The notes: generated by a model from the letters alone, not told the origin. DNA of 64,000 bases from Eledone cirrhosa (GCA_964016885.1 OZ024741.1:39246001-39310000), one strand, 5' to 3'; numbered from the stretch's first letter, positions 40,317 to 56,398 are shown. Made by a program: numbers and translations.

Positions 40317-40543
40317 TACATATATATATATATATATATGTGTAGATATTCTGGTAAATAGATAAAGAGATATATATAAAATACAATAAATACAATTGTC
40401 TGTTGTACTATCTTCTACACATATACCTACATATACATATACACATACTAACACCCGCATAAATGCAGATGCACACATATTCACCCAGACACAGACATAC
40501 ACATATACATATGTATATATACACAGTATATATATGAATGTGC

Positions 40544-40592
<49 letters not shown>

Positions 40593-40598
40593 TGTGCA

Positions 40599-40724
<126 letters not shown>

Positions 40725-40815
40725 TATATATATATACATATATACATATATATATATATACATATATATATACATATATATATACATATATACATATATA
40801 CATATATATATATAC

Positions 40816-40854
<39 letters not shown>

Positions 40855-40896
40855 TACATATATATATACATATATATATATGTATATAGATATATA

Positions 40897-40938
<42 letters not shown>

Positions 40939-41356
40939 GGTATATATACATATATATACACACACACACACACATATTTGCATATATATATACGTTTGTG
41001 CGTATGTATACAGAAGGAAATAGATACATATATACACAGTACATACGTTGACTGGCACATATGTATTAATATTCATGGAAAGAAGACTGACAGTGGATTT
41101 AGAGGCAGGCAATATATTGATAAATAGATCGATAGACTCAAGTCCAACGATGATAAATTGGGCTGACCAGACACTGTTGCTCCCAATAGTGATATTTTCC
41201 AATTCATTGTAAGAAATCTGGTGTTATTCTGAAGCATGTATGTATGTATGTATGTATGTATGTATGTATGTATGTATGTATGTATGTATGTATGTATGTA
41301 TGTATGTATGTATGTTTGTATGCCTGCATGTATGCATATCTGAATGTGTATCTGTA

Positions 41357-41431
<75 letters not shown>

Positions 41432-41460
41432 ATATATATATATATATACATATATATGTA

Positions 41461-41525
41461 ATAGGAAAAGAGTCAGGACCCCGACGGCTGAGCTCGGGCT
41501 GTTTCGACAGCTTGATCTGAACGCT
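41461..41525 (-). repeat. Family-T fragment (HHR stem III side)
   Basis: aggaaaagagtcaggaccccgacggctgagctcgggctgtttcgac. Confidence 0.7.
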
Positions 41526-41551
41526 ACAAATGTATATATATATACATGTGT

Positions 41552-41657
<106 letters not shown>

Positions 41658-42458
41658 TGTTTAGTTAGTTACAACGTTCTATGTTCTGACTTAAAATCCC
41701 GATGAGGCCAACTTTATATTATATCGGGGATGTTAAAATAAAGCACCAGTGAAAATACTTGGGTTATTATAATCGTCTTTCTCTTTCTCTTGTATTTCAC
41801 ACCTTGTGCTTAGATTAAACATTTCATTATTGTCCCTGACTCTTTACGTTCTTTCATATCCTCATCAATTTTCCTTTCATCATTCTGGCATCGATAAAAT
41901 ATCACCATTTATGTAACGGGTTAATAGTCTAACCCTGCTGTCAAATTTCTGACCTTGTTTCTAAATTATATAATCTCGCAAATAAGAATAACCAGGGCCG
42001 CCCCTAGGAGCATTGGATGTGGTGTACTTCTTATTTGTTTCGGTTGCTGAATACAATCAGGTTTCGCTGCTTCTCCAAAAAGTCAATAGTTCTCTTCTAA
42101 CTCGAGCGGGGGCGCCTTTCCATTGTCAATTTGCATTGATCATTTGCAAAGCCACATTTTTCTTATGACCATTACCCCCACTCTTTCGATGCGTGCTGCT
42201 AGAAATTGATTTGGTAGGATTTTTTTAATTATTTCCTTTAGACGGCCGTTGACTCTTATGAGTTCTTCCGCCCTTTGTCAGGTTTTGTTTTTTGCCCTGC
42301 AGGATGTCTAAAATGACCCTCCTCAGCAAGTAAACTTCGTGGGGTTGTCGGTTTAGTCACCGACGACCCGACCATACTATAGGTTGTACTGGGTTACATG
42401 TTACCAGTAGCACTCAAGTGTGATCTGACATAAATTATATAATATATATATATATATA

Positions 42459-42611
<153 letters not shown>

Positions 42612-42654
42612 GGTAATAAATTTGTATATAACATTGCTATTTCAATATGGGCGA

Positions 42655-42830
42655 TATATAAGAGGACGGACGAATACCATGTTCCCCTATACTTGGCTTT
42701 CGTATTCATCATTATTGTACGTATGCTCCGTCATGGACTACCAAATCGTATTTGGAAGAATACATATGTCGTTGAGTACTTGAATATAATTGCATCATCA
42801 TTTACTGATTGGAGAGTTGTATACACAGCA
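42655..42830 (+). mobile_element. Degenerate RTE-type RT fragment
   Basis: [14 protein letters not shown] resembles the RTE EYxxPLxLAFxD motif. Confidence 0.45.
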
Positions 42831-42889
42831 CGGTTGGTCCATATCTTATACAAAAGAAGTATATATATTACCATATATATATATACGCC

Positions 42890-43860
42890 AATGCTATCAT
42901 TACTGCAAATTCTGCCAATGCTACAAATCTGAAAGTTCTGCAAATTCTACAAATTCATCAAATGCTTCTTATTCTACAACGTTTTTAAATTCTTCCAATG
43001 CTTCCGATTCTGCTAATTTTGCCAATTCTGCCAATTCTGCCAATTCTGTCAATTCCATAAATGAGAACAATGACACTGATGTTGCCAATCTGCTAGTTCT
43101 GACAATTTTATCAATTCTACCTATTTTACCAATTCCACCAATGATATCAATATTGCCAGTTCTGCCAATTCTTCCAATATTGTCGCCAGTTCTGCCAATG
43201 CTGCAAAGGCTGCCAATACTGCAAAGGCTGCCAATGCCACCAATGCTACCAATTTTGCCAAGGCTGAAAATTCTGACATTGCTAAAATACTGCTAATTCT
43301 ACAAGTTTGTAAACTGCCAATGCAGCCAATTATTCCATTTTTGAAAATGCTGTGAATTCTGCCAAAGCTGCCAAGTATGTAACTCTGCAAAAGATATCAA
43401 TGCTGCCATTTTTCCTCAATGCTGGTAATTCTCCCAATACTACCAATGCTAACAATTGTGCAATTTTGCCAATCCTGCCAATTTTACCAATGCTGCCAAT
43501 TTTGCCAATATTGCCAATTCTGCCAGTGCTGCCAATTCTGCTAATGATCGTCAATTTTGCCAACGCCACCAATTCTGTTAACCCTTTAGCATTTAAACCG
43601 GCCATATCCGGCCAGAATTCTCTCATCTATTTCTGTTCAAATTGGCTGTAAACAGTCACTCATACTGATGTTAAGGTATTATTCTCAAAATAAACAGTAT
43701 CAAAATCTCATAGATTCGATATTATGTGAGATAATTATGTGAAATAAAGTGTTTACTGTAAAAATACAATAGTATATATATAGAGTAATGTAAATACTAA
43801 AGGGTTAATTTTGCAAATGCTGCAAAATCAACCTGTTGTACCAATGCGGCTAATTCTGCA
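42890..43860 (+). repeat. Degenerate 9-bp minisatellite (TGCCAATTC-like)
   Basis: Recurrent tgccaat at a 9-nt period, producing the LPI/ANS low-complexity ORFs. Confidence 0.8.
43582..43804. mobile_element. TTAA-target MITE (piggyBac-like)
   Basis: TTAA|CCCTTTAGCATTTA ... TAAATACTAAAGGG|TTAA, inserted in the minisatellite. Confidence 0.8.
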
Positions 43861-44744
43861 ATTAGTTAAAAACCATAGCTTTACTCTCTCCGTCGCTGTT
43901 CCCTCTCTCTACAATAGATTATTCCCCCTCTCTATAATTTAACTGCTTTACTCTCTTCATGCTTCGAGGTTTAACACTAGCTTCACTCTCTCCGTTGCTC
44001 TCCTCTCTCTATAATAGATCATTCCTCCTCTTCGTTCGGTAACGCGAAAAAAACTTTGATATATCAAATATCAAAATTTAAAAAGCCGATAACACTAAAT
44101 ACATACTGCTCTCTCAACGTTACATTTTACACACTTACATTTTACATCAAATAACAAATATTCAAAAGCAACAGATGTATTTATAAAACAACAAACGTAA
44201 CAATAACGACGCTTAAGCATTTATTTACATGATTTTCAACAAAGACATTATATTTTATTGTTGTCCTTTTTGTAATTTTCTTTCTTTGTTTTTCTCAATA
44301 TGAGACAAAAAATTAATGAGAAAACTTTTTTCACGGGATTCTATTCAAAGTCGGGACAATTATTGCTTTTGGTCAGGAGAAGGTCATGAAGCAAAAAATT
44401 TCAAATCAATCAACAATAAGGACAAAAATCGATCATGATCATTCCCCTTTTCTATAATTTAACTGCTGTACTCTCTCTGTCGCTCTTCACTCCCTATATG
44501 ACAACACTGCAGAGAGAGAAACAATGTATATGATCAAATGGAGCGTTCCGTATATTCCCCCTCTCTATAATTTAACTGCTTTACTCTCTCTGTCGCTCTT
44601 CACTCCCTATATGACAACACTGCAGTGAAGCGTTCCGTATTGACATACGGCTTATCTGGGGCATTTTCAATCGGCTTATTGCAAATAACAACCCGCAAAA
44701 TAACACTTCATATAACAGATTAATGCTATAGACATATGAATCGG

Positions 44745-47700
44745 AATGTAACCCGTGAACTCTTTCCCGGGCAAAATTATTCGAACAGACATGATCTCAT
44801 TGCCAGAGTGTTCAGACTGAAACTGGCTAAACTCATGGCTTTAATAAAAAGGTCAGTTACTCGGGGCTGTAAAATGTGACATGTTCACCGTCGAATGGCA
44901 AAAACGAGGGCTGCCACATGCTCACATTTTGATTTGGTTAGCTGATAAAATCAATTCAAATGCCATAGACAGCTTCATTTCGGCTGAAATCCCTAACCCA
45001 GCAACTGACCAGGAATTACATGACATCGTCAAAGCTAACATGGTCCGTGTGCGTTGGGTCCTAATGAGCATCACACGTGTCTAAAAGGGGGATCGTGCAG
45101 TAAGGGATACCCAAAACAATTTGTTGACCAGACTCAGACTGGTGGCGACGGGTAACTCCTGTACAGGCGGAGACGGCTCGAGAACGGTGGCTTCACCACA
45201 ACAGTAAAGGGAGGTCAAGTCGACAATAGATGGGTGGTCCCTTACTGCCCGCTTCTCTTGAAGATGTTCAACGCCCACATCAACGTTGAGTTTTGCATCT
45301 CCGTCAAGTCGATAAAATACATATGCAAATATGTAAATAAGGGCTCTGATGCCGCAATGTTCGCATTTCAAGCAGAAAATAGCAGGGACGAGGTCACAGA
45401 ATACCTGGCGGGGCGGTACATCAGTAGCAATGAAGCTTTTTGGCGCCTATTTGGTTTACCCCTACACCAACGTCACCCCACCATCGTACAGCTTGCGGTA
45501 CATTTGGAAAATGGGCAAAGGGTTTACTTTACGGACCAAACCGCCGCCAAGTTGGAAACTGACGGGTTTCTTCAAACTTTGCCAGTTCGATACATTTGCG
45601 CAAACAATTGTGTACTCCCAAGTTGCATCCTACTTTATATGGTCGAAAAACACTTGGGTCCGAAGAAAGTCAGGTCAGGCTGCTGAAAGACATCCTGGTG
45701 TAAAATTTGACAGCTGTCTTGGAAGTGTTTACACTGCGCCCCCAAGTCAGCATGAGTCCTTTCATCTCCGCCTTCTTCTGCATGAAGTTGTAGGCCCACA
45801 AAGTTTTCAGGACTTCAAAACTGTTGATGGAGAAATATGTGATACGTACCGGGAAGCCTGCTTTAAGCGTGGTCTTTTGGAAGATGATTCGCAATGGGAT
45901 TCCACTTTAGCAGAGGGTGATTTGTTGAAATCACCTTAAGGTCTACGGGAACTCTTTGCCATTTTGCTTCAAAAGTTTGAATTGGGTGATCCCAAATCTT
46001 TATGGGTCAAGTACGGAGACTTCATGTCTGAGGGCTTCCTGCGCCTGGCTCATCTGCAGTATACTTCAGTGGAAGTTGGTTACAGCGACATTATCTACAA
46101 CAGGGCACTCATTGATATCGAAGACGCCCTCCTCGACATGGGTGGGAGTGAATTGGCGACGTATGGCTTGCCGTCAACCGTCAGAGAGGAGGCTAACACG
46201 TTGGCCCCGGATTTGTTGCGGAAAACAGCATATGACATCGAATCTCTTTCCCAATACTTAAAGGTTGGCCTATTTAACTATCATTGACGCGGTTCAAAAT
46301 CAGACTGGGGGTATTTACTTTCTCGATGCTCCTGGGGGTACCGGAAAAACTTTTGTAACGAAATTGATTCTCGCTAAGATTCGTCAGGAGAAAAAAATTG
46401 CGTTGGCCGTTGCATCGTCCGGATCGCTGCTACTTTGCTGCCGGGAGGCAGGACAGCATATTAAACCTTTAAACACCCCTTGGATTTAGTAAAAACTGAG
46501 ACACCAACATGCAATATCAGCAAAAGTTCACACGAAGCTCTGGTTCTCAAAAAATGTTGCCTCATTGTTTGGGATGTGTGCACAATGGCACACAAGCTCT
46601 TGAGGCATTGGACAGGACTCTGAAAGACATTAGGGATTCTACGGCTCCTATGGGTGGCGTAACCCTTCTGCTATCAGGGGATTTTCGGCAAACGTTTCCT
46701 GTCATACCCAAAGGGACAAGAGCTGATGAAGTGCGTGCCTGCCTTAAGTCGTCCATGTTGTGGCTCTAGGTGAAGAGTTTGTACCTGAGCACAAATATGC
46801 GTGCTCATTTGCATGGTGATATGTCTGCAGCATTTGCTCAGAATATTTTAGCACTTGGTGAGGGCAAGGCGGCATAGCAATCGACTCCCTGTGCAACATT
46901 GTGAGCAGACCTTCTGACCTTTGAGAAGCAGTTTTTCCTAATGTCTCATCTAACTTTAAAAACCTCGATTGGCTCAGCGAAAGAGCCATCCTTGTCCGAA
47001 AAATACCATGGTTAATTTTATTAACGAGCAGCTGATTGAGAAGTTTCCCGGTAAAGAACACATCTTCAAATCTATCGACCGGACGTCAGACACCGACGAT
47101 ATCGTTAATTATCCGGTTGAGTTATTAAATTCTCTTGAGCCCCCAGGGCTCCCACCTCACATTCTAAAGCTTAGGGTTGGCTATCCCATTATGCTAATAA
47201 GGAACTTGCGTCCACCAAAGCAGTGCAACGGTACTCGCATGGTCGTCAAGTCACTGACGCCCCACTTGATTGAGGCCACCATTGTAACGGGGTGCGGGAG
47301 AGGGGAGAATGTTTTCATTCCAAGGATGAACCTTTTCCCCTGGGCGTCAGATATCCAGTTCGATTTCCGGCTATCCCAATTCCCGGTGAGACCATGTTTT
47401 GCCATGTCCATTAACAAGTCACAAGGGCAAACATTGTTGGTGGCGGGCATTCATTTGGGGGAGCCATGCTTCTCCCATGGCCAACTTTATGTTGCCTGTT
47501 CCCGCGTAGGGAGCAGGAATGGACTTTTTGCTTACACTCCTCAAGGGATGACACGCAATATCGTCTACAAAGAGATGCTATATATGTTGGTGCAGGTGCT
47601 GGAGCTATGCCGTCTGGAAAACTGGTAGGGTCACCCATAGCGGACAGATCTGACACCCAGCGGCATCAGGGTCACCATCTTGCAACTTTGGTCTACTAAA

Positions 47701-47890
47701 TTCGCTATTGGAAGATTATTAACCTATCATTGATTGTCCAAAATGCTAATTGGTTCGTAACTATTAATAACCGGTTCAACTGCTTTATGCACTTAATTGA
47801 TAAGCATATTCGCTTTCAAGCTACGTTTACCTGTATGTAACTTTTCATAGCAAATGAACAAACCCGAGCAACACCGGGCTAAACTGCTAG
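44745..47890 (+). mobile_element. Decayed autonomous Helitron (Rep plus PIF1-like helicase), many frameshifts
   Basis: VEWQKRGLPHAHILIW, SIKYICKYVNKG, LAVHLENGQ, FLDAPGGTGKTF, GDFRQ, FAMSINKSQGQTL and HGQLYVACSRV. The 3' hairpin cccgagcaacaccggg is followed by CTAG (47887-90)|T. The 5' end was not located. Confidence 0.93.
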
Positions 47891-47915
47891 TATATATATA
47901 TGCGTAATATATATT

Positions 47916-47955
<40 letters not shown>

Positions 47956-48478
47956 TCTTTGGCCAACTCTTTCTTTCATTAGGACCTTCATTTCTTCTTA
48001 TTTTCTTTTTTTCTTTCCTTCGTTTTCTTTCTTTCGTTTTATGTAATTTATTCTTTATCTCAGTTTATTTTCTTCTTTACTTTCTCTCATTAATTATATA
48101 TTTTCTTTCTTTCTCCTGCTCTCACTACTTCCTCCCTCCTTCACTCTCCCTCTCTCTCTGCCACATTCACAGAAACACACACACACACACAGACACACAC
48201 ACACAGCCACACACAGACACACACAGACACACACAGACACATACACACACAGAGCCGCAGATACGCACACATTATATGTATTCGACTCTGCTTCGTTCAC
48301 AGAATCACACTCACGGACACACACACACACACACGCACATACATACAAGCTCACATACATACGTGTATGAACACTCTCCCTCTGTCACTCCCTCACTCCC
48401 TCTCTCTTTCTTAACCCTCTCTCTCACTCCCTCTGTTTTATTTACCTACCTCTCTCTCACTCCCTTTCTCTTTCTTAG

Positions 48479-48519
<41 letters not shown>

Positions 48520-49221
48520 CTTTTCTCTTTCTTACCCCTCTGTCTCACTCCCTCTCTCTTTCTTACCCCCTCTCCCACCACCTCTCTCTTTCTCCCCTCT
48601 CTCTCTCTCACTCCCCTCTCTTTCTTACCCCCTCTCTCCTTCTCTCACCTTCCTTCTCATTCTCCATATATTCTCTCTTTTCTTTCTATTCCAACCAGTG
48701 ACAGATGGAAGAATTCTAAAAACATGTTGATTCTCATTCATTTCTCATTCACGCAAATTTCCTTTTCTATTTCCTTTACTAATGCAATATTTCTTCTATA
48801 TATTCATTCCTCTTCCCCCCTCCCCCCTCTCTCTCTCTCTGAATATCTTTTTGTCGTAGTTTCTCTTTAATTCCTTCCTTTTTCTTTCTTTCAATTATCC
48901 TCTCCTAAATATGTGCTCCTCCTTTTACTGCAGTCTTCCACTAATTCTTCTTCTTCTTCTTCTTCTTCTTCTTCTTCTTCTTCTTCTTCTTCTTCTTCTT
49001 CTTCTTCTTCTTCATCATCATCATCATCACAATCATCACTTTCATCATCTTTTTCACGACAAAAACATTAAAAGACAAAATAAATACGCAAACAATAAAT
49101 ATATACATAAATAAATAAATACATACACCAACACACACATTTACACACGTACTCACACACATATACATATACATACACATATACACACACACAGACACAC
49201 AGACACACACAGACACACACA

Positions 49222-49327
<106 letters not shown>

Positions 49328-51527
49328 AACAGAAAGAAACGATAGATTTATAAAGCAGTTACAATATGGCATGAAATGACCCTTGTCGTATTAGAAATTC
49401 TGGCGCGCGAGAACGAATTTAAACGTGAGACGAATGGAAGGAGTAGGTATTGTGGCATAGTAACCATTCCGAACGAGATAAGCTATCAAGAAGGATTAAT
49501 GGAGATTATTGGAAATAAATGAGCCTCGTGAAAATTTTCGAATCTGTGCATTTGCGTTTGTCCTCCTTCCTCCAACTCTCCTTTCTCTCTCTCTTTCTCT
49601 CTTTTTCTCTGTCTCTGTCTCTCTCTTTCGCTGTCTCTCTCTCTCTTATCATGTATGTCACCCCCCTCTCTCTCTCTCTCTTTTTATGTCTGTCTCTTCC
49701 CTCCTCTTCTCTCTTCTACTTCACCCACCACCTTCCTGACTAGCTGTGACATGATAAAATGGATGAAAGCTGTACTGAATTTAGAAAATATATCGTTTGT
49801 CTAGCAGTGACGAAACCATTTTTCTTGACAAAACTTCAAGTTGTAGGATACTTGAATTTTTGTTGTTGTTAATGATAGTGTTGTTGTTGTAATTGATGTT
49901 GTTTCTATTTAGCTGTTGTTTTTGTAATTAGATTTATGGAATCATAGAGTGAGATGAAATATTGAAATCTAACAAGCTTGATATATAGTGATGTGTTAGT
50001 AGTGTGATGTAGAGTGTTAGTAAAGGTGCTGTAGTATAGATTAATGTCGTGATCCCAGTAGTCTTGAGAAACGATTGTAGAAAATTGTAAAGCGTTGATT
50101 GTACAGCCCCGATCAGAGAAAGCTATGATCATATATGTCTTAGTCACGACATTGTGGGGAATTGGCAGAATTACCAGAGAGTCCGACGAATAGAAAGAAA
50201 AAGAGATTAATGGGAGTTGAAAAGTGGTAGAACTAGAGGAAACAAGTCTAGGATTCTATCTGGAACCGAAAGAAATCTTTTTAATGGGGTATTAATCGAA
50301 AAGCTATATACGAATAAGCAAAGAAAGAAAGAATTAAAAAGAAAATTTCGAAAAAAAAATTCAAACATTAAAGGAGAAAAGCTCTATTCAGTATTTCTTT
50401 AAAGAGAGAAGAGATGACATTGTATTTGTTTCAGTTGATTGCTTTCTGAGTTCAAATCCCACTGTGACCTATGTAACAAGTTGCCCGGTTTAATACTACC
50501 AACTGTCTTTTGTGCGATTTTAGTAGGCGTTGGGAGCATGTCCACGATTTGGAAAGACCTTGATTAAGCTGAGAGTACGTGCTTATGTGCTTAATTACGG
50601 TTTATTTTACGCTTCGTTTGGGCCTACAATCTGTGATCCAGGATGAGAAGCATTTGTATTTCGTCTCTCAAACCTTTCCCTTACTATTCACAATCCTCCT
50701 TACAATTTGTTGAAAACTTTCCTACGTTTTGCTAATCGAATCAAATAACTTGTCTGCACTGCATCCACCCCGATTAAAATCTAGTTTATTTCCAAATTCT
50801 TCGTCACAGTTTCCAAGGTTCCAATGACAATTGACAAAATCATGACCTTTACTCCAGCGCTTGAGAATTTTCTTTTTCAATCACTAAAATAGTCTATATT
50901 TTCTTTTTCTTTTACTCTAGTATCAAATGGTCATGATATGCCAACACCAACATATTGCTTGTTGAGCAGTATTTTCCTTTCGAATTGTATGGAAAAATTC
51001 CTCAACAATCGCACTTCATTAATTTCAAGGACTTCCATTTCTGTTCTCCCAAAATAGTAATAACTCTTTTTTCTAGAAAGACAAATATCTTACAAAACGT
51101 TCACTAAATTATTGGTGCTATTTAATCGGGTTTACATTTTCTGTGGTTATTTACATTTAATTGAGTATTCTTAAACTATGATTCCCTGCACATTCTACAT
51201 TGAGAAAACTGCCCTGATTATCTATCATTCTTTTGCTAAAGTTTACCCTCCGACTCTGCCTCTAATGCTGAGATCAACTGCACAGTTTCTCGCTTCAATA
51301 CTCCTTTCTTTAGCAAAAGCCAGCCGATGTTGCCGTCCCTTATCTCTTTTGCCACTATGAAGAACACTCTAATGTCTGTGCCAATTCACCACCATCAAGT
51401 GAAGGACCATTAGAAATATTGTCTCCTTGGTCAGATCTAGCGATTAGTTTATCTCTCTCTTCTTTTTAGTATATGTATATAAATATACATACATATACAT
51501 ATATATATATATATATATATGTGTATG

Positions 51528-51561
<34 letters not shown>

Positions 51562-52018
51562 GCGTGTGTGTGTGTGTGTGTATACATATATATATATACA
51601 CACACCCATATATATATAATATATATATATATATCTTTGCCTGTATGTCTTTCTCAGAAAACAGAATTTGAATTATATACTAAAATGGTAGTTTGCCAAA
51701 ATAGTCTGAAGTACAAGAGAAGAGTATGAGGTGTTTATAAAGCTGGTATATCATTAATATAAGCCATGCAAGTATATATCTCTTATATACAACCAACTTA
51801 CCTCAACTCCGTATTACAGCTTCGGAAGATCTGTTTAACCGATAAAAAATGAATGTGTCTCGCGGTATACTTTAATCTCCCCAGTTTATCTTCTACTGGT
51901 TAGAGGTGGGTGCAATAAACACACATGTAATCACGTATACAAACGTACACACAGACTCTCAGACACTTGTATTTCGGCCACCTCTAAGCCAGAGTTAATG
52001 CTCTAACTGCTTATGTGA

Positions 52019-52122
<104 letters not shown>

Positions 52123-52632
52123 ACATATATTCAAAGATATATATGGGAGAAAGAATGCTAGAGAGACTGTGGAGACGGCGGACTCGAGAACGGAAAGCCA
52201 ACAGTTCTTGTCTTATCTCATCTCAAGTACAGTCTATCATTGTTATTACAATTGTTGCCAAAATATTAGAAAATCTTTAAATACTTTTGTGAAATATTGA
52301 ATATAAACATACATTCTAATATTAAGATAATGATACAACGATATACTTACAGATCACATCTTAGAGAGAACTCTGTAAATAAATGTTAAATAGAATTCTT
52401 CACGCGAGCTGTTGTGTTCGATTTGAACTTGAAATTATTTTGAACTTCCAGTGCCTGGGACAGAGCTGGTTTGCCTATTAGGTTCGTTTCTCCACCACGT
52501 GGTTCCAGGTGTGATGTCGATAACAAAACAATAATATATACTTAAATATGTTACACTATAGCGCACATACATACATATATATGCATACATACAGAGAGAA
52601 AGAGAGAAAGAGAGACGTACGCACACATGTGT

Positions 52633-52663
<31 letters not shown>

Positions 52664-52736
52664 GAATCATCTATATATGCATATATGCATATATATATTT
52701 GAAAATGAACGAAAACACAGGAGGCAATTGTACACA

Positions 52737-52808
<72 letters not shown>

Positions 52809-52838
52809 AGAATAGGATTGGCTGTGTAGTTGCTAGTT

Positions 52839-53405
52839 AAGGTAGCTTAAATGGAGTGAGAATAAGAAAAAAACAAGAACGGGGGTTCTCATCAGTTGTC
52901 TACTGGGGGCCTACTGGGGATATTTCTACGCTTTAAAGACAAGATATCTACCGCCCACAGCGTTCAATAACTGGGTAAGTTATTGGGAAATAGAAGGAGG
53001 GAGGGGAGAGAAGGAAAATAGAAGGGAAAGGGGAAGAAAAGAGAAATTCGCGAACGAAAACAACAAACCGAACAAAGTGCGAGCAACTTAAGGTAAGAAA
53101 ATCCAAGACCACTTAAGTTCAAGAGCGTGTGGGCGAGCGAAAAGACACGTCTGACCCCAGCGAGTGTAAGTGAGAAAAGGACTGCTAGAAGGTCAGGCGA
53201 GGGAAACAATGAGGTGGCTGGAAGAGAGAAGATGAGTGAAAGGGAGAGGAAGAAAGATGGGTATGAGTAGATAGTAACAAAATAGGTAGGCAGAAGGAGA
53301 GAGAAGACTGGCCACAGCGAAACATGATGGAATATATTTAAGGTAACTTAAAATGGAGTGAGAATAAGAAGAAAGCAAGAACGGGGGACATCATTTCCTC
53401 ATCAG
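52839..53405. repeat. Element bounded by ~60-bp direct repeats
   Basis: aaggta.cttaaatggagtgagaataagaa...aagaacggggg...ctcatcag occurs at ~52839 and ~53340. Confidence 0.55.
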
Positions 53406-53767
53406 CCACCATGCTTGTAGTGTTGTTTTGCACATTAACGTGATATTACATTTGTATTGCCAGTTTGCGTAACAGTCCTTTGCCTGCTCTGTTAGTGTGT
53501 TGCATGTGAGATGTTAACAAAACAAAAAATAGACAGTGATACATATATTGAACATTTACGACTCGAATTGAATAGACAAAAGATTGTGCATGTAAATGTG
53601 TATCACAGGACGCCAGAAGAAGGAGAAAACTAACTATCGTCGATGAAATATAGTGAAGAAATTATGACGGCAGCCCAACAATGCTACCTGCCGAAAGGCT
53701 AAATCAATGACCTGATGACTGGTTGGAGCAGCTGTAGACAAGCGAGGAACAGTGAGAGGGGAGGGAA

Positions 53768-53898
<131 letters not shown>

Positions 53899-54199
53899 AG
53901 AGACAGGGTGTCGAAAAAGAACAAAGGAGTAAAAAAGAAGTCGGGGTCGAGTAAGTTAAAACAGTTTATGAAAATAGATGTGTGTTGGCGTGGATATATA
54001 TAAGTATATTATCAGCAGAAAATGCATAGTTACATAACACGAAAAGACAAAATACATCCTTTCCTCGGCAGCCACTTTGCTCTCAGTGCAGTTTTGCACA
54101 GCAAATCGAATCCTGCTCAATTGGGGCGATGCATGTGAGATGATAAAAATTCAATAGACAGGAAAATGTACGGGTGTCTTTCGACGAAATGAGAGGCAC

Positions 54200-54510
<311 letters not shown>

Positions 54511-54511
54511 T

Positions 54512-54700
54512 AATAAAGAGGGTGTGGTAAGATATCAGGTGGACCATAACGCACCAGAGTACTCAATAGTTAGGGTAGTAAAGTGGATAACAGGAAAAGA
54601 GTCAAGACCCTGACAGCTGAGCTCCGGCCGTTTTGACACGATTTGGGATTTAGCTGTCGAAACGGCCGGAGCTCAGCCGTGGGGGTCTTGACTCTTTTCC

Positions 54701-54703
<3 letters not shown>
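54512..54703. mobile_element. Family-T fold-back element (diverged subfamily)
   Basis: Tail plus aggaaaagagtcaagaccc... / ...gggtcttgactcttttcct. Confidence 0.8.
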
Positions 54704-54731
<28 letters not shown>

Positions 54732-54739
<8 letters not shown>

Positions 54740-55017
54740 GTATAATAAACAATACAATATAATTACCTCATTACCAGAGGTTTCCCGAATAAGACGAATA
54801 CGAAAAACGTCCTCATTCGTTCATCGGACAAGGCAATACAAGGAATTGTCTTGTCCAATGAACGAATGAGGACGTTTTTCGTATTCGTCTTATTCGGGAA
54901 ACCTCTGGTAATGAGGTAATTATATTGTATTGTTTATTATACATTATATTTAGCTCTGGTACTTACATAGAGCACTCTTCACTCCTATGACTTTTTCAAT
55001 TTTCAACGGAAACTTCA

Positions 55018-55022
<5 letters not shown>
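54732..55022. mobile_element. Fold-back element with two inverted HHR-like copies (GUA family)
   Basis: Near-perfect inverted repeat 54732-54837 / 54845-54950 with a tail on the right. HHR 54766-54833(-) reads ccttgt-CCGATGA-a-cgaatgaggacg...cgtcttattcg-g-GAAA-CC-tct-G-GTA-atgagg. Confidence 0.75.
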
Positions 55023-55101
<79 letters not shown>

Positions 55102-55106
<5 letters not shown>

Positions 55107-55830
55107 GAGCGACACCAAAGTTTTGAGCCTCACAGAGAAAACAAATAGATATACTAATGTAATTATGTTTATGAAATCTACTACATGTCCTCACAGTGCT
55201 GGCCAGGTTTCATTGTCTAAAGACTTTTTCATTTCTTTTCACGGATTCTTAAATTTGATGTACTCAGGTATTTCATGAACAATGGAGAAACTCGAGTATC
55301 GAACAATGATCAAGAATCTGCAGTAGCGATCCATAAGGACATGCAAGACAAATTAAGGGAAGATCTCCCGTCAAATGTTAAGATCAAACGCTGGGCTGAT
55401 GGATTCAAGTGTCACAAGGAAGGTTTAGAAGATGACCAGTGGTCCGGGAGGCCATGAACAGTGACCAGACCAGAGAACATTGACCTTGTCCTTGGCATGG
55501 TAATGGAGGATCGATGACTGGCATCCCGTCAGATAGCAAACAGGTTCGGCATCTCCCAGAAGCGAGCCAATAATACTCTCATTAACGATCTGGGTTTGAT
55601 AAAGGTGTCTGCACGATGGGTTCCATGTCTTTTGAGTGAGAAACAAAAGCACACTCCTCACCCCATGTCTTGCAACAATTTGGAATTTTTTGAAGCTGAT
55701 CCAGATTTCCTGGAACGATTCATAATCATGGACGAGCACTTGGTCCATCACTACCCACCTGAAATATAAGAGCAACCTAAATAGTGGAGGAACCCATCCT
55801 CACCCATCCCAAGAAAGGCCAAGGAGCGAT
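55102..55830 (+). mobile_element. Decayed mariner transposon fragment
   Basis: WADGFK..EGLEDD..SGRP, KVSARWVPCLLS, and FLERFIIMDE (first catalytic Asp). Begins at (TA)n. Confidence 0.85.
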
Positions 55831-56105
55831 TAACTCCAACAGGCCACACTACCAATATATATATATATATATATATTTACATGTGTGTGTATAAAGTACT
55901 ACGTGTACCATCTTGATCTGCGATCTTTCCAGTCTCCGACGAGCGAAAGCTTCACATCAATGTCTTTCTATAAAGCTAATTATATCTATACACATACACA
56001 CACACGCACACACACGCACACACGCACATACACACGCACGCACACGCACACACACGCACACACACACGCACACATACACACACAGAGACACACACAGACA
56101 CACAC

Positions 56106-56177
<72 letters not shown>

Positions 56178-56253
56178 ACATATATATATATATATATGCA
56201 TAAATCTGTACACATAGATATATGCATACATGTATATATATATATATATGTGT

Positions 56254-56315
<62 letters not shown>

Positions 56316-56398
56316 TACATATTGGTCATTCATGCACACCTATATTATATAATCATTTATAATAGAGATTTAATACAATATCATTATACTGTATACAC

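Noticed and set aside
42790-43651. LPI/ANS repeat ORFs
   Set aside because: They come from a degenerate 9-bp minisatellite with stops and a MITE insertion.
50600-51400. Possible decayed transposase or exon sequence
   Set aside because: No recognisable motif or sustained open frame.
52870-53405. Two minus-strand CTGATGA motifs in direct repeats
   Set aside because: No GAAA or stem III follows, so a hammerhead cannot be built.
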